A DNA stretch of 64,000 nucleotides from a virus. Lineage: Duplodnaviria > Caudoviricetes. Position numbers and translations under genes: made by a program. The number at the start of each line of letters is the position of its first letter. The stretch's first letter is position 1. Positions 37,698 to 47,369 of this stretch are shown here, one piece after another. Where the stretch lies: positions 1-64,000 of the IMG/VR virus record IMGVR_UViG_3300020577_005315; one strand, written 5' to 3'. Below the pieces are notes generated by a model that was not told where the DNA came from, did no database searches, and saw only the letters and a program-made list of their open reading frames with translations.

Positions 37698-38861
37698 ATG
37701 ACCCTCTCGACACCCACGACCGCCGAGTTAGTCGGAGGTTTCTGGTCTGGAGCGTACGCGTCCGACGTGATCGACGCGTACGCCGCGGCCTGTGCCTACC
37801 TGACTGACCCCGTCACGGGCGTGTCTCAGAACACCAAACTGAAGCCGTGGGTGCTTCGGGCCGACCAAAGCGTGTCGCCAGGCTTGGACGGGCGGGCTAC
37901 GGTGGGTTACCCGATCCCGGGGTCGGATTCTCCCGTCTGGGTCAGTACCGGCCTGTTTGGCGGCAAGCAGCTGGTCGCGGGTGTGGACTTCTCCGTCTCG
38001 GACAACTACGTGTGGTTTGAGACGGACCCTATTAAGACTGCGGCTGTGCGTAGGCTGGACTGGTCGACGGGCAGTCCCGTACTGACGGCCAGCATTTGGT
38101 ACGGTATCAAATCCACGGACGTTGTCGTCGATAACTCAGTAGACGGTACTCTCGTCAGTCTGACCAACACGCTGGCAGTCGTCTGCGACTCGCCCGGCAC
38201 GGGTATTACCGTTGAGACGGTTCAGGATGTCTGGACCAACGCGGTCGGGTCGAAGAAGGTGATTACGGACAAGGGTGCGTACAACCTGCACCCGAACGAC
38301 GTCCCGTCCGTCGCAGTGGGTCAGACTCTCCCGCCCGGTTCGCCTCTGGGCAGCGCCTGGCAACTCACGCGGTTAGGTCCGAACTGTAACCTGCCCTACG
38401 TGACGACGCCTTCATACTTCCACGTCGGTATCACGTCCGGTAACATCACGTGGTGGAACACATCAGTCCCTACCGTAATCGATACAGTGAGCGGGCGTAC
38501 ACGTCTGCGCTTCAAGTTGGGCGGGACTACGGGCGACTTGACTGCGTTCTGGGCCGACTCCCACGCACGAGGCGTCGCGTCCGGTAAGACGCTGGCCCAA
38601 TGTCTCGACACACGTCCGACGCCCACAGGCGATCCCTTAGCAGCCGACCTCCCCACGACCGTCAACCCGATGCGCCTCCTGTGTCAGGAACTGATCGGCG
38701 GGTGCGGATTCCAACTCTTGATCAAGTCTGCGTGCCTGGGGCCCAAGGCGGTCCTGACGGCCAACCGCAACAAGGCCGTGTGTAAGGCCGCCGGCCCTTA
38801 CACCGCCGTCTTCGAGTTCATCGACACCATCCCTTCTATCGCCGCGTTGGACCCTCCTTGA
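37698..38861 (+). CDS. Putative baseplate/tail protein
   Basis: Thr/Val-rich; follows the J-like gene. Confidence 0.45.
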   Translation: MTLSTPTTAELVGGFWSGAYASDVIDAYAAACAYLTDPVTGVSQNTKLKPWVLRADQSVSPGLDGRATVGYPIPGSDSPVWVSTGLFGGKQLVAGVDFSVSDNYVWFETDPIKTAAVRRLDWSTGSPVLTASIWYGIKSTDVVVDNSVDGTLVSLTNTLAVVCDSPGTGITVETVQDVWTNAVGSKKVITDKGAYNLHPNDVPSVAVGQTLPPGSPLGSAWQLTRLGPNCNLPYVTTPSYFHVGITSGNITWWNTSVPTVIDTVSGRTRLRFKLGGTTGDLTAFWADSHARGVASGKTLAQCLDTRPTPTGDPLAADLPTTVNPMRLLCQELIGGCGFQLLIKSACLGPKAVLTANRNKAVCKAAGPYTAVFEFIDTIPSIAALDPP

Positions 38862-39076
38862 ACGTCGAGCAGCTAATCGCCCAGCAGATCAGCCGCAAAA
38901 TAAAAAACGCGTCCGTCACCGTAACTCGGGTTGGTCCCCACTTCGAGGTTACGGTAAAGTCGGACCTGTTCCTGGGCCTCCCTCCCATCGAACGACAGCA
39001 GCGTGTCTACCTGGCCCTCGACCGCGTCCCGGTCGAGGTGTTGGCCCGCGTCTGCGCCATAAACTGCATCGAGTAA
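38858..39076 (+). CDS. bolA: BolA/IbaG-family protein
   Basis: 'HFEVTVKSDLFLGLPPIERQQRVYLAL' matches the BolA consensus HF.V.V.S..F.G...V.R...VY.AL. Confidence 0.75.
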   Translation: MNVEQLIAQQISRKIKNASVTVTRVGPHFEVTVKSDLFLGLPPIERQQRVYLALDRVPVEVLARVCAINCIE

Positions 39077-39087
39077 GAGGACAAGTC

Positions 39088-39351
39088 GTGGCTGTCTTGG
39101 ATAATGAAACCGTCAGCGGTAGTGGCAGCACAAGCGGCCCTACCGACTGTCGTAGCTACATGCCGCCTACTAACTGGCGGCAGACGCCTAACTTCCTACC
39201 AGGTAGCGTCGTTGGTAGCGGAACTATCGGGCTGGGCGGATCGGTGACCGGTACCTGGATTTGGGTGGTTACCGACGTCTGTCCTGTGTTCGGTACGGTC
39301 GATGTCGTTGTGGTGTCGCCTCCCCCACCCGCCCCGTCGCCCCCGGTGTAA
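39088..39351 (+). CDS. Small Gly/Pro-rich hypothetical protein
   Basis: GAGGA SD; 'VVTDVCP'. Confidence 0.5.
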   Translation: MAVLDNETVSGSGSTSGPTDCRSYMPPTNWRQTPNFLPGSVVGSGTIGLGGSVTGTWIWVVTDVCPVFGTVDVVVVSPPPPAPSPPV

Positions 39352-39352
39352 C

Positions 39353-41302
39353 GTGCCGCCGATCATCCCGTCAGGGGACTCATACGTCACGCATTTAGAC
39401 GTGAAGTACAACCCGATGCTGGTGCTGGCCGTGGGCGAGACAGTTTGCGCCTACTCGCCGGCTGCGTGCTGTCGTACACCGCCCACAGATTGTCGTGAGT
39501 TTTGCGGTGGGACTGCTTATCAAAATGACGGCGTGGCTGCTAGACCTGCAGTTCTTACTATAACTGACAAAAGTGGTAGCCATTCGTGGTTGAATAAGAA
39601 GTATAGCGTAGTTACACCGGTGTCTCGCTTGGCGGTGGGTGCGGTAAGTTACACTTACAGTACGTACCAAGTTGACGCCAGCGGCACTCCTCATTTTTTA
39701 GAAGAGACGTTTAATCCAGAAAACATCAGAAGAATTAATATCAACCCGTGTGGTGGTGTTCGTCAGTACTCCAACAGCTCGGCACCCCACAATCGGTTCA
39801 CATACGACACGCAATACCTGGACTGGGTCACTCCGTTCCTATACTGCACAGGTAACTACGTAGGATCTGGAGGCGCAGATTACCACAGTAATGACTGTTG
39901 GCTATCTGAAGGATTCGAGGTTCCGCCTGGTTACCCAAATGGGCCGGATTTCTTACTTGAGCTCATGTTATATCACGCACCTGTTGCAATGTCTGGGGAT
40001 TGTAGTGACTTAACTCAGGTGTTGGACCCGGCGTATGATGCTGAGTCATGGCGTACGACTTGTAATAGTACGTGCTGCACTGCTGAAGTCGTAGTAAATT
40101 CGACACACACTGGGCAGCCGGCTGTAATTCCTCTGTTTCAGTACGGATGTAACCCGCTACGAATGCGCGTGGTGAATTACCCGTTGCAATTGATTCACAG
40201 TCGAGGCGGTGTTAACGGTATACCTCTGGTCGAAACGAAGGAGGTAGTTAATGTAGACCTGGACATAACTGAGTCCTATATAGGTTGTCCCGGACTACTT
40301 GGCGGTACCATTTTGTACTGGTCTTTGAATGGGGCCGCACCTCAACCACTGACTCCGACTACTGGTTTAGTACGCGGCCTTTGGAATACTCCGTCTTTTG
40401 ATTACACCATCTCAGCCACTCCTATTAATTTCCCCCAGTACAGTGACGGCAATCCAACGCTGAATGTGTTTGGTCCCAGCGACCATTGTTACCGCGAAAA
40501 GGTCTGGGACGCCCGCACCAAGACCTTGTACCAACATAGTGGAGAGCCCAATCCGCCGTCACAGCGTGTGCTGTGGTACGTCAGTCGTCGTACTTACCCG
40601 GCGGACATTAATCCGTTCATCGGATATACCGCCTCGTTCTCATGCTCGCCGCTGGACGTCACCATCGTCGATCTTGATGGTAACACACATCGTATCACCA
40701 GCTCGTACAATAGAACCGGATCGGTGATCGGTGTCGTTGGGTATAACGTCCAATACACCAAGGTGTTGGTGCAGGCCAACTCAGACGTGGTCACTAGTGA
40801 TTGTGTAGTTCCGTGCGAAGACAACACACACGGCCCAGTCGAGACTACGACCTACGATATGACGTTCGGGCCAGTTCTTAAGACCGTCACGCCACGTTTG
40901 TCTCCGGTGTTGGCTACGTTCGGCACGGACACGCGACTGGTTCGCGACCCGACAACCTGCTGCAACGGCTCTAGTCTCGTCGTCCCAGACCCTACGACGG
41001 CGTGCAAGCCCACAGACGGTCAGTCCGCGATCCTCTCGGTGAACGGTCATAACTACGTCGGCTCTTGGGTGGTGACGTATAATCAGCCAGACGGATTTGC
41101 CGCCATATTGAGTGTAAGCGGCGCTGACGGCTACTTCACCGTTAACTTCAATGTAAACGCCTATGGAACCATCACTACTGGCATCTATTGGGTCGATCAC
41201 GGAAATACCCTGCCAGGCGGTCTAGGGCCTACCGTCAACTGCGGTCCTCCCATCGTGTTTTCCGGAATCATAGATGGAACCCTGATCACGGTAACGACGT
41301 AA
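39353..41302 (+). CDS. Cys-rich putative receptor-binding/fibre protein
   Basis: Beta-rich with many Cys pairs; lower GC than the flanks; at the end of the baseplate module. Confidence 0.45.
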   Translation: MPPIIPSGDSYVTHLDVKYNPMLVLAVGETVCAYSPAACCRTPPTDCREFCGGTAYQNDGVAARPAVLTITDKSGSHSWLNKKYSVVTPVSRLAVGAVSYTYSTYQVDASGTPHFLEETFNPENIRRININPCGGVRQYSNSSAPHNRFTYDTQYLDWVTPFLYCTGNYVGSGGADYHSNDCWLSEGFEVPPGYPNGPDFLLELMLYHAPVAMSGDCSDLTQVLDPAYDAESWRTTCNSTCCTAEVVVNSTHTGQPAVIPLFQYGCNPLRMRVVNYPLQLIHSRGGVNGIPLVETKEVVNVDLDITESYIGCPGLLGGTILYWSLNGAAPQPLTPTTGLVRGLWNTPSFDYTISATPINFPQYSDGNPTLNVFGPSDHCYREKVWDARTKTLYQHSGEPNPPSQRVLWYVSRRTYPADINPFIGYTASFSCSPLDVTIVDLDGNTHRITSSYNRTGSVIGVVGYNVQYTKVLVQANSDVVTSDCVVPCEDNTHGPVETTTYDMTFGPVLKTVTPRLSPVLATFGTDTRLVRDPTTCCNGSSLVVPDPTTACKPTDGQSAILSVNGHNYVGSWVVTYNQPDGFAAILSVSGADGYFTVNFNVNAYGTITTGIYWVDHGNTLPGGLGPTVNCGPPIVFSGIIDGTLITVTT

Positions 41303-42678
41303 TGCGTGAAGTCCAGACGTGTAACGGTGCGCCCTTCTGCAACAAGGTGAGGTTGGGAAGGGCCTTCGACGTCACCGTCGACTGTAAGCTGTGTTGGGCC
41401 TGCGCTCACGTACAAGTCGTAGGCGAGGCCGCCGGCTGGAAGGGTGAGACGAGCTACAACAAGGTTCAGCGCCTACTCAGCAAGGATCACGTTGAGCAGT
41501 ACAAGGGCCTGGAGGTGAATCCCAAGCTGGAGGAGTCCCTCCAGGAGGCCACCCGCATGCCCAAGGACGACCCCAAGACGTACCGCTCCCGTCGGTACCC
41601 GCTTCCAGATCTGGGGCCTTGCGTCTACAGGGGTCACGACTTAAATGGCTATGAGGCCGCCCAGCAGGGTTTGAGTACCGTAAAGAAGTGGGCCAAGTGC
41701 CACCACGCGGATAAGCCTCTTGGCGAGTACGTTTGCCCATGTATGGGCTGCGGGTCGACGTGCAACAGGTACGCGCCGTCTACGGCTTTGACTCCGGACC
41801 GCGTAATAAAGCCGCTCCAGGCGACGGGGGCCTACAACCCGAGTACGATCCGGTTCCAGGACAAGTGGGTCCACTTGTATCGGACCGGATACTTGGGGTC
41901 GGACTTGTGGGTCGTCGAGATGGACGAGGAATTCAACCCTGTCACGCAACCGGTGAAGCTCGAGTTGGTACATAACGAGTGTCACGGCGGACGCGAAGAC
42001 GGTAGGTTCTTCGTCCACAACGATAAGCTGCACGTCGCGTTCGCCGGCGTATGGATGAACCCCCGCGACAACGCCGTCTGTACCTCGGTCCTGATCGCGG
42101 AACTTGACGAGCGTTACAACGTGGTCGACCTGTGGCGTCCGCACCTGGACGACCGACAGTACCCCAAAGAGAAAAACTGGAGCGTGTTCAGTCACGACGG
42201 TGAACTGTTCGCCGTCTACTGGGTGCTGGGCGAGCACATCATCTTGAAGTTGGACCGGACGCTGGAAAAGGCGTACATAGTCAACAGGTCCGACAACAAA
42301 CTGCCCTGGCACGGCGGGGCCATTCGGGGCGGTGCTTCACCCGTCAGGGTAGGGGACAGGTACTACCACTGGACGCACGGCTTCTGGTCGTTCCAGAACA
42401 AGTTCCCGGTGGGTACGTACAACGTAGGCTTGTACACCTTTGAGGCTAAGCCGCCATTCAAGGTCATCGACCAGTGCGCCTATCCGCTGTACATCGCCGA
42501 CGAGAAGACGCGGCCCGCCAGTTGGCACGTGAACGTCGTGTTTCCTTGTGGCGCGGAGTTGTACAAGGGTAAGTGGTACGTAACCGTCGGGATGCACGAC
42601 GCCTGGACGGAGATCCTGGAGTGGGATCACGACCGCATCAAGGAACACCTGGAGTGGGGGCCTAGCAGTGAGCAATGA
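41302..42678 (+). CDS. GH130-like five-bladed beta-propeller glycosidase/phosphorylase with Cys-rich N-terminus
   Basis: 'YNPS', 'REDGRFF', 'EKNW', 'RGGASP', 'NVVFPCG..VGMHD'. Confidence 0.75.
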   Translation: MREVQTCNGAPFCNKVRLGRAFDVTVDCKLCWACAHVQVVGEAAGWKGETSYNKVQRLLSKDHVEQYKGLEVNPKLEESLQEATRMPKDDPKTYRSRRYPLPDLGPCVYRGHDLNGYEAAQQGLSTVKKWAKCHHADKPLGEYVCPCMGCGSTCNRYAPSTALTPDRVIKPLQATGAYNPSTIRFQDKWVHLYRTGYLGSDLWVVEMDEEFNPVTQPVKLELVHNECHGGREDGRFFVHNDKLHVAFAGVWMNPRDNAVCTSVLIAELDERYNVVDLWRPHLDDRQYPKEKNWSVFSHDGELFAVYWVLGEHIILKLDRTLEKAYIVNRSDNKLPWHGGAIRGGASPVRVGDRYYHWTHGFWSFQNKFPVGTYNVGLYTFEAKPPFKVIDQCAYPLYIADEKTRPASWHVNVVFPCGAELYKGKWYVTVGMHDAWTEILEWDHDRIKEHLEWGPSSEQ

Positions 42679-44554
42679 CCTGTACACGCGTCTCAAGGCC
42701 CGCCAGTTCTACCACAAAGACGACGAAGATGACTTCGAGCTGTGCCAGGCCCACAACCACTTACTACGCGAGGCAGTAGCATCACCTCCTCCGGTCTACC
42801 CGGGTACGCCAGGAACCCGAGGCATCGTTACGGCCGTGGGGGGCACATTGTATTTCAAGTGCGCCTACGTGGGTGTGAAACTGCTGCGTAAGTTGGGCTG
42901 TACGCTGCCCATCGAGTGGTGGCACCTGGGCGAGCATGAGTTCGACCCAGAAATGGTGAAGCTGGCTGAGGATCTGGGCGTCAGGGTGGTGGACGCCAAC
43001 ACTGTCGATTACAAGCCTCGCATCCTGAACGGTTGGGAGTTGAAACCGTTCGCAGTCGCGCACAGCAAGTTTCAGGAAGTCATGTTCCTGGACGCCGACA
43101 ACCTGTCAGTTAAAGACCCGACGCCCCTGTTCGACTGCGATGAGTACAAACGGACTGGTTCGTTGTTCTGGCCCGACCTTCCGCCCAGCGACCGCCCCGA
43201 GTGGGTGCCTACGGAGGTGTGGCGTCAGCTCGGACTGACCAGGCCGGACACGCCCGCGTTCGAGTCCGGTCAGTTCTTGATCAACAAGGGCAAGTGCGCT
43301 AAGGAACTAGGCGTCACTGTCCACATCAACGAGTACTCGGACTGGTACTACAAGTGGGCCACGTACGGCGACAAGGACACGTTCCAGATCGCGTGGCGTA
43401 TGTGCGGAACCGACTACGGGATGATTCGGACGCCGTGCGGGTGGGACGCGCCTGCCATCCAACAGTACGACGACAAGGGTGAACTGCAGTTCCAGCACTT
43501 GTGCCAAGGAAAGAACCAACTCGCAACGGGCCAATTCATCCCGTCTCTGAAGCACTCGCTGGACGTCAGTAAGTTCGCCTTTCTGCTGGCCGACGCGTGG
43601 CACGGGAAGATCTGGAAATACAGGGACGATGTGGGACTGACTAAAGAAGCGCTGCAGAAGTTCGAGGGCCAGTGGACGGTTCGTAGAACGGACAGCGGGG
43701 CCTCGTACGACATCGTCCTACTACCAGGGGGCGACGTCGGGAGTGGCAGGACGAACGCCGAGTACTCGTGGTCGGTACGACATAAGGACGGCGATCGTCC
43801 CGAGCTGATCATCACGGGCAGCGGCCATAAGGGGACGCAAGTGGCCACCGTGATCGCTAAGGAAGGGTTGAACAGGGTGTGGCGCGGGAAGAGTGTAATA
43901 CACCTGAGTCGAGAGCCTCAGGCTCGCGTCATGCCTTTCTACTGGTCGTATCGGCCCGAGACGTACGACTGGGGCATCTTCAACAGCGTTGCGACGCAAG
44001 ACGAGTACGGGTTGCGCGGGATGTTCCTGAACGGTGGGTGCGTGTTAGACGTGGGAGCCCACATAGGGTCGTTCTCGTACAAGGTGCGTCAGGTGGGCGC
44101 GGGAGTAACCCACGCGTACGAACCTGAACCCGACAACTACGGGCTTCTGGCCCAGAACGCGCAGTTCGTAGGCTGTAAAACGTTCAACGAGGCCGTTTGG
44201 TCAAAGGACGGCGTCGTACGCCTCGAGAAGAGTAGGTGCAACAACACCGGGGCCAACTATACGTTCGAGGACGACGCAGGGACGACCTGGTGCGTTGGAC
44301 TTGATACGGCCATAGACCGCTTACTGCGACATTCCGGCCAAGATCGAGTGGCGCTGTTAAAACTGGACTGCGAGCGGGCTGAGTTTGAAATCCTCCCCAA
44401 CGCTGACTTGTCCAGAGTCGACCGCATCGTCGCTGAGACGCACGACGCGGTGCGTGTGGCGGACTTGTGTCGGTATTTGACGGGGTGCGGGTTCGAGGTA
44501 AACTACAAACACACTGCCGGAGACCTTGGGATTCTCTCAGCCCGGAGGAACTAA
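42668..44554 (+). CDS. Mannosyltransferase-like (GT71/Mnn2-type) fused to FkbM-type methyltransferase
   Basis: 'EVMFLDADN', 'LFWPD', 'ESGQFLINK', 'YGDKDTF'; C-terminal 'VLDVGAHIGSF', 'YEP', 'LKLDCE'. Confidence 0.85.
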   Translation: MSNDLYTRLKARQFYHKDDEDDFELCQAHNHLLREAVASPPPVYPGTPGTRGIVTAVGGTLYFKCAYVGVKLLRKLGCTLPIEWWHLGEHEFDPEMVKLAEDLGVRVVDANTVDYKPRILNGWELKPFAVAHSKFQEVMFLDADNLSVKDPTPLFDCDEYKRTGSLFWPDLPPSDRPEWVPTEVWRQLGLTRPDTPAFESGQFLINKGKCAKELGVTVHINEYSDWYYKWATYGDKDTFQIAWRMCGTDYGMIRTPCGWDAPAIQQYDDKGELQFQHLCQGKNQLATGQFIPSLKHSLDVSKFAFLLADAWHGKIWKYRDDVGLTKEALQKFEGQWTVRRTDSGASYDIVLLPGGDVGSGRTNAEYSWSVRHKDGDRPELIITGSGHKGTQVATVIAKEGLNRVWRGKSVIHLSREPQARVMPFYWSYRPETYDWGIFNSVATQDEYGLRGMFLNGGCVLDVGAHIGSFSYKVRQVGAGVTHAYEPEPDNYGLLAQNAQFVGCKTFNEAVWSKDGVVRLEKSRCNNTGANYTFEDDAGTTWCVGLDTAIDRLLRHSGQDRVALLKLDCERAEFEILPNADLSRVDRIVAETHDAVRVADLCRYLTGCGFEVNYKHTAGDLGILSARRN

Positions 44555-45069
44555 TGGCGAACTACATCACCCTCAAGCCAAAGACGGAAAAGTGGGGGTC
44601 CGCCGACGAGGTCTACCAGGAGCTCAAAGCTCAAGTTTACGACGTGGACGTCGTGACGATCTTCATCGACGCGGAGTCCGAAGAGAGCGCCGGACTCCGC
44701 AGGTTCTTGTCCGAGAACAAGATCTGGACGGTGGTGAGTAGGACGCGCGACCCGGACATCGTGGTCATGTCGTGCCGTCCCCAGGACAAGCACAAACTCC
44801 CCTCCTACTGGAAGCAGGCCGTGCACCTGGTGAAGGACATCAAGCAGGCCCTCGAATCACACGCCTTCATCGTTCCTGACGAGGTCTGGCACAAGCGCGT
44901 CGACATCTGCCTGACGTGTCCCGAGCGTAACTTCAACAGGTGCAGCGCTTGTGGGTGTTTCATCGAAAAGCGCGCGGCCGTGTCGAGCGCCGCGTGCGGG
45001 TTGATCGAGTTGGGCATTAAGCCCTTTTGGGACAAGTATGAGCCACGACCTGATAATCGTCCCCAATAA
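44554..45069 (+). CDS. Protein with C-terminal Cys cluster (CxxC...CxxCGC)
   Basis: 'RVDICLTCPE..RCSACGCFIEKR..AC'. Confidence 0.6.
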   Translation: MANYITLKPKTEKWGSADEVYQELKAQVYDVDVVTIFIDAESEESAGLRRFLSENKIWTVVSRTRDPDIVVMSCRPQDKHKLPSYWKQAVHLVKDIKQALESHAFIVPDEVWHKRVDICLTCPERNFNRCSACGCFIEKRAAVSSAACGLIELGIKPFWDKYEPRPDNRPQ

Positions 45070-45940
45070 GGCCGCTCCAGGCGACTTGGTCGCGTGCACC
45101 GCACTAATCAGAGACTTGTACGAACAATACCCGGGTATCAGACTTTCCGTCCGGTCTAAGGGCGGTCACCGGGAGCTGTTCCGCGACGACTACCGCATCT
45201 CTCACCCCACCCTCTCCAGCAAGCCCGTCGTAATAGACTTCGCCCCGTCCATAAACTGCGCGGCTGTCGACAGGACGAAACGCTACGTTTACTGCCCCCA
45301 CGAGTCGTTCGAGGCCCAGACCGGGATACAGGTCGTGCGGGGCGACCCCAGGCCGTCCTTAGTCTGCTCTGCGGAAAGGCCCTGGAAGCTGCCCGCGAAC
45401 TACGGACTCGTGTTCAGCGGGTACAAGGTCGACATGCCCGTTAAGGCGTGGCCTACGGAGAGGTTCCAAGAAGTCGTGGACCGCACGTCCGACATCGTGT
45501 CGTGGTGCCAGGCCGGCGAGATCCACGACGGCTGGTACCCCCAGAACCAGGACCTCATTGCGAGGACGACGAACCTGCTGGGCGAGTCGGACCTGTACGA
45601 GACGATGCGGCTGATCAAGTATGCGTCCGTGGTCCTGTGTCATACCAGCATGCCGATGCTGATGGCGGCGGCGTTCGGCACCCCGTGTGTAGTCATAGGC
45701 GGCGGCCGGGAACACCCGTGGCTGTTCGACGGCTTGGGCGTCGACTATCTCCACACCGTCGGCGACATAGAGTGCTGTGCAGACCGCGGGTGCATGAAGA
45801 GCATCGCCAAGGTCGGCACCCCCGGAAACGGCCACTACTGCGACCGTCCGGTGTGGACGTCGTTGCGCGTGGTGGGCGAGTGCATGGAGCGCATCGCCGT
45901 CGATAGGGTTATCAGTTCAATTCGGGCCGCCGTCGCCTAA
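45038..45940 (+). CDS. Glycosyltransferase family 9 (heptosyltransferase-like)
   Basis: 'PGDLV', 'KAWP', 'NLLGESDL', 'MAAAFGTPCVVI'. Confidence 0.85.
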   Translation: MSHDLIIVPNKAAPGDLVACTALIRDLYEQYPGIRLSVRSKGGHRELFRDDYRISHPTLSSKPVVIDFAPSINCAAVDRTKRYVYCPHESFEAQTGIQVVRGDPRPSLVCSAERPWKLPANYGLVFSGYKVDMPVKAWPTERFQEVVDRTSDIVSWCQAGEIHDGWYPQNQDLIARTTNLLGESDLYETMRLIKYASVVLCHTSMPMLMAAAFGTPCVVIGGGREHPWLFDGLGVDYLHTVGDIECCADRGCMKSIAKVGTPGNGHYCDRPVWTSLRVVGECMERIAVDRVISSIRAAVA

Positions 45941-45967
45941 ATAGTAGTCCAAACCTCGTCATAATTA
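45937..45967 (+). promoter_or_regulatory. Putative phage promoter CTAAATA-N14-GTCATAATTA (copy 2)
   Basis: Same boxes and spacing as 14167-14197; upstream of the AAA+ ATPase gene. Confidence 0.7.
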
Positions 45968-46021
45968 ACTGCTATAGATCTGTAGCTTGTTGCTACAGAT
46001 GCGGATTGCTACCAGGAGTTC

Positions 46022-47299
46022 ATGATGACGACGTCGTTGGAAGTGGCGACCCCGGTTGCGGACATGTTCAACCAGATGGCCGACTGCATGCAGCGGGGCG
46101 GCGTCCCGGCCCTGATGGGTCCGCCCGGCGTCGGCAAGACCGCCGGCATGGCCGCCGAGGCGAAGAGGCGGGGGCTGGAGCAGTACGTCATCATCGGGTC
46201 GCAGTGCGACCCGACCGACCTGAACGGGTTCCCGGTCGTCGACACCGATACCTCGGTCGTCGACTCGCAGCAGCGCAGCCACCCGGTCCTGAAGTTCGCG
46301 CCGCGCCGGATCTTCATCGACGCGGTGCAGCGGCCGTCGCAGATCCTGCTGGACGAGTTCACCTGTGCCTCGGCGGCCACCCAGGCCGCGATGCTCCGGG
46401 GCATCAACGAGCGGCAGTTCGGGGAGTTCTACGTCGACCCGGAGGTCGTGCAGCTGGCGATCCTGTACAACCCGCCCGAGGTGGCCACGAACGGGACGGA
46501 GATCTCCCTGCCGGCCGCTAACCGGCTGGAGCACTTCACCATGCCGGAGTTCAGCAGCAAGGACGTGGTCGAGGAGTGGTGCGACGGGTTCCTGCGGTAC
46601 TGGGGCGATCCGCCCAAGATCCAGTTCGTTCCGAACAACCCGTCGCACCCGTCGCACCTGAAGATCCCGGAGAGGGTGTTCCGGGTGGCGCGGTCGATGG
46701 TGGTCGGGTACCTGCTGTCGAACCCGTCGCAGCTCGCGCCCAAGCGGTCCGTCGACTCCGCCAACGGCGTCCTGGCCTTCCCGACCCCGCGGTCGTGGGA
46801 GAAGGTCGCGCGCGCCATCGCCCTGTGTCTCCACCGCGACCAGCCGGTGGTTCAGGCGTACAAGGCCACGATCGCCGCCGTCGGCACCGGGGCGGCCACC
46901 CCGTTCCACGCGTTCATGGAGCGGGCCCGGCTCCCCGACCCGGAGCAGCTGCTCGCCCAGCCGGACAGCTACGTGCCGACCGGCGAGATCGACACCGACT
47001 TCGTCACCCTCGACGCCGTCGCCGCGGCGGTGGTCAGCAACGACACCCTGCCCCGCCAGATCGCGGCGTGGAAGGTGCTCAGGCGGGCCGCCGGCGTGTC
47101 CGACGGCGAGGGGAAGAAGATCAAGGCCCGCGAGTCCGCGGTCAGCGCGGTCCGGCAGCTGGTGCCGCTGGTCCGCAGCCTGACCAAGGTGGATAACCAC
47201 GGCAAGATCGACCCGCAGCAGGTCGCCGACGCGATCAAGACCGTCACGGCCCTGTCGGCGCCGTACAGCTCGCTGTTCAAGTCGCTGATGCACGAGTAG
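46022..47299 (+). CDS. MoxR-like AAA+ ATPase
   Basis: GPPGVGKT Walker A, 'DPTDLNGFP', 'LLDEF' Walker B, 'PAANR', 'PTPRSWE'. Confidence 0.9.
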   Translation: MMTTSLEVATPVADMFNQMADCMQRGGVPALMGPPGVGKTAGMAAEAKRRGLEQYVIIGSQCDPTDLNGFPVVDTDTSVVDSQQRSHPVLKFAPRRIFIDAVQRPSQILLDEFTCASAATQAAMLRGINERQFGEFYVDPEVVQLAILYNPPEVATNGTEISLPAANRLEHFTMPEFSSKDVVEEWCDGFLRYWGDPPKIQFVPNNPSHPSHLKIPERVFRVARSMVVGYLLSNPSQLAPKRSVDSANGVLAFPTPRSWEKVARAIALCLHRDQPVVQAYKATIAAVGTGAATPFHAFMERARLPDPEQLLAQPDSYVPTGEIDTDFVTLDAVAAAVVSNDTLPRQIAAWKVLRRAAGVSDGEGKKIKARESAVSAVRQLVPLVRSLTKVDNHGKIDPQQVADAIKTVTALSAPYSSLFKSLMHE

Positions 47300-47307
47300 T
47301 CGAACAG

Positions 47308-47331
47308 ACAGCCCCGGCCGGGGCTGTTTTT
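47308..47331 (+). terminator. Palindrome/terminator
   Basis: ACAGCCCCGG|CCGGGGCTGT palindrome followed by a T run. Confidence 0.6.
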
Positions 47332-47369
47332 AGCCCCGGCCTTCTACCCCGCCCCACCCCGAGGACACG

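Noticed and set aside
45965-47293. Long minus-strand ORFs (this one, and 535..1464, 3846..4832, 15915..17093, 27672..28706, 57557..58591)
   Set aside because: Antisense shadows of high-GC3 genes with no motifs of their own.
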